DNA of 64,000 bases from Candidatus Obscuribacterales bacterium (GTDB taxonomy: Bacteria; Cyanobacteriota; Vampirovibrionia; Obscuribacterales; Obscuribacteraceae), in the NCBI GenBank assembly GCA_965228855.1, contig CBDDIJ010000003.1, forward strand, positions 1 through 64,000, written 5' to 3'. Shown here piece after piece: positions 58,457 through 64,000 of the stretch. The notes beneath the pieces were generated by a model that saw only the letters and a program-made list of their open reading frames with translations, was not told the origin of the DNA and ran no database searches. Both the position numbers and the translations under genes were made by a program. The first letter of the stretch is position 1, and each line of letters opens with the position of its first letter.

Positions 58457-60328
58457 ATGTGCGGAATCGTAGGATATTTAGGTTCGAACCACGCTGCTCC
58501 CGTTCTTCTATCGAAGCTCAGGGTGCTCGAGTACCGAGGTTATGATTCTGCCGGCGTCGCCGTGATAGAAAGTGGCCGCTTGAACGTACTGAAGGCGGTC
58601 GGCAAACTCTCGAATCTCGAGACGCTTTTGCAAAAGGAAAGACCGAGCGCTACTGTCGGTATCGGGCATACGCGCTGGGCTACACACGGCAGTCCGACTG
58701 ATGAGAACGCTCACCCGCACATCAACGCAAGCGGAACGTTAGCGATTGTCCACAATGGCATCATTGAAAATTATTCGGAGCTTAAGGCTGACCTGATCGC
58801 CAAAGGTTACGTTTTCCGTTCTGACACCGACACGGAAGTGGCAGCTCATCTGCTTTCTCACGAAGTCGAAAAGGACGGAGATGTACTTGCTGCGATTTTG
58901 AGAACGGTTTCGCAAATGTCCGGTGCCTATGCGTTGGGCATCGTTTCTCAAAACAGCCCCGACAGAATCTACGCTGTTAACCACCACTACTCATTGACCG
59001 TCGGTCTGGGTGAGAACGAAAGCTTCCTTGCGTCTGATTCCGCGGCGGTGCGCCAGTATACAAATAAAATCTTGCGTCTGGCCCAGTCGGAAATCGCTGA
59101 AATAAGAGCTGATGGAGTGCGTTTGTTCTCATTCGACGGCGCCGAGTCATCACGAGAGCCGGTTTCTGTTGAAGCGAGCGCTTACAAGATCGATAAAGAA
59201 GGTTATAAACACTTCTTGCTCAAAGAGATCAATGAACAGCCGCTCGTGCTGCGCCAAACGCTGAGCAAATATCTGAGCGGTGCAGACAAGCAAGTCAATT
59301 TCAACGTCGACAGCTTCTCTCCGGACATCGAAGGAATGTACGGCGTGAAAATGACGGACGAAGAAATTCGCTCTATCGATCGCGTTCAAATTGTTGCCTG
59401 CGGAACCGCATATCATGCGGGTATGGTCGGCAAGTACGTGATTGAAGAGCTCTGCGGAATTCCGGTTGAAGTTGATATCGCGTCGGAAGTTCGTGGACGA
59501 AAACTTCTCGGTAATGAGAGAACGCTTTCAATTGCCGTTTCCCAATCAGGTGAAACAGCAGATACTCTCGCTGCCGTTAAGGACGCCATCTCGAACGGTT
59601 CATTCACGCTCGGTATTACAAACCGACCGGACTCTCACCTCGCTCAGTTGACGCAGAATTTGATTGTCACCGAATGCGGTATCGAAGTTTCGGTCGCCGC
59701 AACCAAGACTTACGCCGCTCAGTTGATCTGCTTCTATCTGCTCGCCATCTACCTGGCGGAGAAACGCGGATCGATTACACCTGAGCGGGCGCGACAATTG
59801 AAAGTTGGTTTGAACCAACTTCCAGGCGTCGTCGAACAAATCTTGGGACGAGAAGAAGAGTATCGCCGCGAGTCTCTAAAGCTAGCTGATGCTCAGGACG
59901 TGGTATTCATCGGTCGCGGCTTCAACTATCCGACCGCTCTGGAAGGCGCGTTGAAGTTGAAAGAGCTGAGCTATATTCACGCTTCCGGCTATGCTGCCGG
60001 TGAGTTGAAACACGGACCAATCGCTGTTCTCGACTCTTCCGTTCCCGTTATCACCGTTCTTGTCCCCGGCAAAGTATATGAGAAGACGTTGTCTAACGCG
60101 CAAGAGTCGCGTGCGAGAAACGCTCGCATGGTAGCGATTTGCGTGGACGGAGATGAAACGGCACCCAAGACCTTCGATTACTTCTTCCGAATTCCGGCGG
60201 TCGAGGAGCTTCTCAGCCCCATCGTCACCGTGGTTCCGATGCAATTGATGTCTTACTTTGTCGCCGACTACCTCGGTAAAGATGTCGACCAGCCCCGCAA
60301 CCTCGCGAAGTCGGTCACCGTCGAGTAG
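58457..60328 (+). CDS. glmS: Glutamine--fructose-6-phosphate aminotransferase
   Basis: MCGIVG, EYRGYDSAG, HTRWATHG, SQSGETADT, PRNLAKSVTVE. Confidence 0.98.
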   Translation: MCGIVGYLGSNHAAPVLLSKLRVLEYRGYDSAGVAVIESGRLNVLKAVGKLSNLETLLQKERPSATVGIGHTRWATHGSPTDENAHPHINASGTLAIVHNGIIENYSELKADLIAKGYVFRSDTDTEVAAHLLSHEVEKDGDVLAAILRTVSQMSGAYALGIVSQNSPDRIYAVNHHYSLTVGLGENESFLASDSAAVRQYTNKILRLAQSEIAEIRADGVRLFSFDGAESSREPVSVEASAYKIDKEGYKHFLLKEINEQPLVLRQTLSKYLSGADKQVNFNVDSFSPDIEGMYGVKMTDEEIRSIDRVQIVACGTAYHAGMVGKYVIEELCGIPVEVDIASEVRGRKLLGNERTLSIAVSQSGETADTLAAVKDAISNGSFTLGITNRPDSHLAQLTQNLIVTECGIEVSVAATKTYAAQLICFYLLAIYLAEKRGSITPERARQLKVGLNQLPGVVEQILGREEEYRRESLKLADAQDVVFIGRGFNYPTALEGALKLKELSYIHASGYAAGELKHGPIAVLDSSVPVITVLVPGKVYEKTLSNAQESRARNARMVAICVDGDETAPKTFDYFFRIPAVEELLSPIVTVVPMQLMSYFVADYLGKDVDQPRNLAKSVTVE

Positions 60329-60726
60329 TGTCCGACGAACTAAATTGCAAGATCGAAAATGTGCTTCTTGTAGACGATGACGCAAACATTAGATTGATCG
60401 TCAAGTTTGCGCTGGAGAAGCAGTCTAATTGGAGTGTCAGTGTCGCCGAGTCCGGTGAAGATGCATTGGCTCAGCTGGACAGTTTCGAACCAGACCTGAT
60501 TCTTCTGGATGTAATGATGCCGGATGTTGATGGACCGATGCTTCTCGAAACGATTCGAGCGCGGTTCAAGGGTTCAATTCCGGTGATTTTCCTTACTGCG
60601 AAAATCCAGAATCAGGAGATTCACCGGTATAAAAACCTTGGCGCCCAGGGTTTAATAACCAAGCCATTCGATCCCATGACATTGGTGCAACAAATCAAAA
60701 ATATTCTGGGACGGCGGTCGCTTTAG
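60328..60726 (+). CDS. Single-domain response regulator
   Basis: LLVDDD, LLDVMMPDVDG, FLTAK, KPFDP. Confidence 0.92.
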   Translation: MSDELNCKIENVLLVDDDANIRLIVKFALEKQSNWSVSVAESGEDALAQLDSFEPDLILLDVMMPDVDGPMLLETIRARFKGSIPVIFLTAKIQNQEIHRYKNLGAQGLITKPFDPMTLVQQIKNILGRRSL

Positions 60727-60786
60727 TACAATTCTTGCTGGAGCCTCAAATCTATATCGACCTCGGAAAAATTCGATGGTGTTCGC

Positions 60787-62688
60787 GTGTCAGACGAAAA
60801 GAAAACGCGATACTTCAGGTGGTATCACCTTTATTACATCCTCGCCCTGTTCGGCGTGGCGTCAATTGCTTTCAGTTTATTCCTGAATCAAACCATTATT
60901 GCAAAGTACAACGCGTCCATTGAAGAGAACCGGCAATGGAGCTTGCGTCTCAAGCTTATCTCTGAGCTCAGTCGGATTGCTGCCGACGTCAATGCACCGG
61001 GAAACGATGTTTTTGAAAACCATGACGTCGCCGCAGAACGGCAGCGTTTGGAGCTTCACTTGCGGAACTTGAGGAAAAAGCTGAAAGACGTCCGCGGTCA
61101 GTTTCAATATTTTGGAATACTGGATCTTGACCGATTTCCGAAGCTGGAATCCGACTTGCAGGCAATTGAGAATCGCCTGGATGAGCAAACGGCCGAGGCT
61201 CGCGAGACTATGAATCTGTTCGAGAAAGGAAAAACGGTCGAAGCCGCCAGGCAAATGGCAGTGATGGATCGCTGTTACTACAACGCGAGCGCTGCCCTAA
61301 GAACCTTCTACCTACATCTCACTGACATTCAGAGAGAGTCTTTTGCCGTGCAATCGAAAGAGCTTGAGTTCTTCCGCTCCCTTGAGCGAATCGTCGGTGG
61401 TGTTGTGATGTCTGCAATTCTCGCGATTACGTTCTATGGTCATAAGCTGGCGAAGCAGATAACAAAAGATGAAAGCGAAAAAGAACAGCATGTTATGCAG
61501 TTGCAGGAAGTGAATGAAGGTCTCGAGCTGAAGACGTTCGAATTGCAATCGGCGCTGACTGATCTCAGGGATGCTAACCAGCGGGTGGCTGAGAGCGAGC
61601 AAAAGTTCCAGGCAATTTTCGACCACACGTTCCAGTTCATTGGTCTTATGGATACCAGCGGGAATCTGCTTGAAATTAATCGCACGGCGTTAGATTTTGC
61701 GGGGATAGCTCGCGAAGATGTTGTCGGAAAGAAATACTGGGAAACCTACTGGTGGTCGCACTCTCCGGAGTTGCAAACGAGGCTGAAGCACGCCATAGAG
61801 GAATCGTGCGAGGGCAGATTTGTTCGCTTCGAAGCAACTCAGTTATCTTCCTCGCGTGAAATTGTTTCCGTGGACTTTTCGCTCAAGCCGGTAATTGACC
61901 ATGAGGGCACGGTCGTTTTGCTGATCCCTGAAGGGCGGGATATCACTGAGAAAAAGGATGCTGAGACTCGGGTAAGCGAGTTTTATTCGACTGTATCTCA
62001 TGAACTTCGGACGCCGCTTACTTCTATTCGGGGGTCTCTTGGTCTGATTGCCGGCGGTTTGACAGGTCCCATCACGGGTGAAACCGCAAACTTCGTTAAA
62101 ATTGCAAATGACGAAACCGATCGATTGATACGTCTGATCAACGACATTCTAGACCTTCGAAAACTGGAAGCGGGAATGTTGGAACTTAGAACGGCTAAGA
62201 TTAGCATTCGCGAAATGGTCGATAAAACCATCAAGAATATGAATGGAATGGCATATCAGTCTGGAGTCTCAATAATTGGACCGGACGAATGTCTCGAAAA
62301 TACGACGCTGCCTGAAATTGTATGCGATGAAGATCGGTTGATTCAGGTCTTAACGAATCTGCTGTCGAATGCAATCAAGTTCTCGAAGCGGGATCAAGAG
62401 GTCACTGTGTTGTTGGAGAAACGAGATCCTCAACGAATTCGTTTCTCCGTGAGAGACATGGGGTGCGGCATTCCTGCCAGCCAACGGCACAAGTTGTTTG
62501 GAAAATTTCAGCAAGTCGATCAAACGGACACTCGGAAGAAAGAAGGATCGGGTTTGGGTCTGGCCATTTCCAAAGCTCTGGTTGAACAGCACGGCGGAGA
62601 GATTGGCTTCGACAGCGACGGAAAAAATGGTTCTACATTCTGGTTTGAAGTCCCGCTTGATTGCACAGGAGATAATCGAAGTGCTTGA
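60787..62688 (+). CDS. Membrane PAS-domain sensor histidine kinase
   Basis: Two TM helices flanking a helical periplasmic region, PAS domain, [25 protein letters not shown]. Confidence 0.93.
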   Translation: MSDEKKTRYFRWYHLYYILALFGVASIAFSLFLNQTIIAKYNASIEENRQWSLRLKLISELSRIAADVNAPGNDVFENHDVAAERQRLELHLRNLRKKLKDVRGQFQYFGILDLDRFPKLESDLQAIENRLDEQTAEARETMNLFEKGKTVEAARQMAVMDRCYYNASAALRTFYLHLTDIQRESFAVQSKELEFFRSLERIVGGVVMSAILAITFYGHKLAKQITKDESEKEQHVMQLQEVNEGLELKTFELQSALTDLRDANQRVAESEQKFQAIFDHTFQFIGLMDTSGNLLEINRTALDFAGIAREDVVGKKYWETYWWSHSPELQTRLKHAIEESCEGRFVRFEATQLSSSREIVSVDFSLKPVIDHEGTVVLLIPEGRDITEKKDAETRVSEFYSTVSHELRTPLTSIRGSLGLIAGGLTGPITGETANFVKIANDETDRLIRLINDILDLRKLEAGMLELRTAKISIREMVDKTIKNMNGMAYQSGVSIIGPDECLENTTLPEIVCDEDRLIQVLTNLLSNAIKFSKRDQEVTVLLEKRDPQRIRFSVRDMGCGIPASQRHKLFGKFQQVDQTDTRKKEGSGLGLAISKALVEQHGGEIGFDSDGKNGSTFWFEVPLDCTGDNRSA

Positions 62689-63925
62689 ACGTTTAAAAAA
62701 CGCTCGCGTTTTCGTTGACGATGATAAAGTGCGAACTCAAATCTGTCGGATTCTCATAAGCGAAAAATTCAGGGTTACGAATTCGAAGACGGCTGCCGCA
62801 ACGGAGCGAGCCGGCGAAACCGCAGACATTGTTGTTTGGGACGATCAGCTTCTTACTGACGCAGGTTCCAAATTTTGTTTGGAAGAGAAAAGACTGAGTC
62901 CCGAAGCAAAATTCTTCTTCGTAAGTAAGGACTGGTGTGGAGAAGAGGATTTCGTCTGGTTACGAGATATTGTCGGTGTGTCGACTCAATTTATCGAACC
63001 GATTAATGAGAAGGTCTTCGTTGCGGGCATTCGTGCGGCACTCATGGGCGAGAAGAAACGACAAACGCTTCTCCCCGTGGATGAACCGTGTAGCACCAAA
63101 GGTGGTGGCGGCACGCTTGCGGATGACCCTGACTCCGTGGCACTTATCGCAATCCAAAAGCAGCTTCGCGAGAGAGTCGTCGAAGAGTGGAAATACTTCA
63201 GTTCTATGGTTGATGACGCGGCGAACGCAGACAGATCGCTTGCGGCATTCGAGCCGCTTATTAAGATCGCACATAAGTTGCGTGGGAGCGCTGGTTCTCT
63301 CAATCTTCTTCAGTTAAGCAAATGCGCCGGTTGTATTGAAGATTGGCTGAAAATGTTCAGGTTTCGTGGAAGTGTACACCGAGACATACTTTTTTCCGCC
63401 ATAAGAGAGCAGATAAGCTCAGGTAATAAAAGTCTCGAGCTGCTTGAGCCAATCGTGCAAACCGTCCAGGGGCGTTCATTTGAAGATGATGGCGACCGTG
63501 CGGCACCGCTGCTAGTGCTCGGCATAGGCGATAATGATGAGCAATTGTCGGAGATTGAAAGGTTGCTTGCTGACGGTGCAAGCGAGTTTTTCGGGCTATC
63601 GGTCCCAGTCAAACTTTTGAGCGAAGCAGAGCTGCTGAAGCCTAATTTGATAATTCTTCATTCCGGAATGATATCCGTTTCAGTTGTCGATGCTTGTGCA
63701 AAAATTTGTTCTGATCTGCACTCCCGGGAGATGGCAGCGGCATGTTTCATCACAGCACAACCGCAGACATTCGATATCTCTGATTTACCGGCGGAAGTAT
63801 CTTGCATTCAGAAAATCTCTGATGGCAGTGGGATTACCGACCTGCAAGGCTACCTTTCGCGGATACGCAGCAGAGGATTACCTCGCAAGGATGATGGCGA
63901 TAGCTCTGAAAGTAAATATACTTAG
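62681..63925 (+). CDS. Hpt-domain protein flanked by degenerate receiver-like domains
   Basis: [11 protein letters not shown]pt motif; FVDDD and VVWDD REC-like remnants; GTG start overlapping the kinase. Confidence 0.7.
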   Translation: MLERLKNARVFVDDDKVRTQICRILISEKFRVTNSKTAAATERAGETADIVVWDDQLLTDAGSKFCLEEKRLSPEAKFFFVSKDWCGEEDFVWLRDIVGVSTQFIEPINEKVFVAGIRAALMGEKKRQTLLPVDEPCSTKGGGGTLADDPDSVALIAIQKQLRERVVEEWKYFSSMVDDAANADRSLAAFEPLIKIAHKLRGSAGSLNLLQLSKCAGCIEDWLKMFRFRGSVHRDILFSAIREQISSGNKSLELLEPIVQTVQGRSFEDDGDRAAPLLVLGIGDNDEQLSEIERLLADGASEFFGLSVPVKLLSEAELLKPNLIILHSGMISVSVVDACAKICSDLHSREMAAACFITAQPQTFDISDLPAEVSCIQKISDGSGITDLQGYLSRIRSRGLPRKDDGDSSESKYT

Positions 63926-63951
63926 TTAGATAGTCTAATTGAAGTAAAATC

Positions 63952-64000
63952 GTGCCCAAGATTTTAGTAGTTGATGATGATCAAGTCGTTTCAGAACTAG
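63952..64000 (+). CDS. Response regulator, 5' fragment truncated by the window end
   Basis: GTG-PKILVVDDDQVVSEL. Confidence 0.7.
   Translation, partial: MPKILVVDDDQVVSEL

Noticed and set aside
1876..64000. HIP1 (GCGATCGC) over-representation
   Set aside because: Only a handful of copies noticed by eye; enrichment cannot be claimed without counting against a Markov model.
1876..64000. CRISPR arrays, tRNA/rRNA genes, transposases, prophage genes
   Set aside because: None recognised in the intergenic gaps or ORF translations.

Overview
The window joins two unrelated DNAs. (1) Positions 1-1875 are very AT-rich and look like one end of a Euplotes-type ciliate macronuclear nanochromosome. On the minus strand a terminal CCCC is followed by TTGAA exactly 17 nt inside, then an ATG. 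A ~333-codon gene can be assembled there only with two GT-AG introns and three +1 frameshifts at AAA-TAA/ATT-TAA. (2) Positions ~1876-64000 are a gene-dense bacterial chromosome segment of roughly balanced GC. It is inferred to be a non-photosynthetic Cyanobacteriota relative (Vampirovibrionia/Melainabacteria, Obscuribacterales-like). Housekeeping genes: ftsZ, mtnA, recF, ribF, gyrB, waaA-lpxK-GT9, priA, rpsB-tsf-pyrH-frr-glmS. Other content: partial kynurenine-pathway genes, a PiT/DUF47 phosphate pair, several TPR proteins, a Ser/Thr kinase, two TadE-like pseudopilins and a phosphorelay cluster. It also has a 1538-aa low-complexity LysM-like protein inserted between a sensor kinase and a response regulator, and a Dam-family methylase with an unusual C-terminal fusion next to a putative PD-(D/E)XK restriction nuclease. 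Two highly structured intergenic RNA candidates lie at ~14.9-15.1 kb and in the rpsB leader. All calls are from manual reading; no database searches were run.
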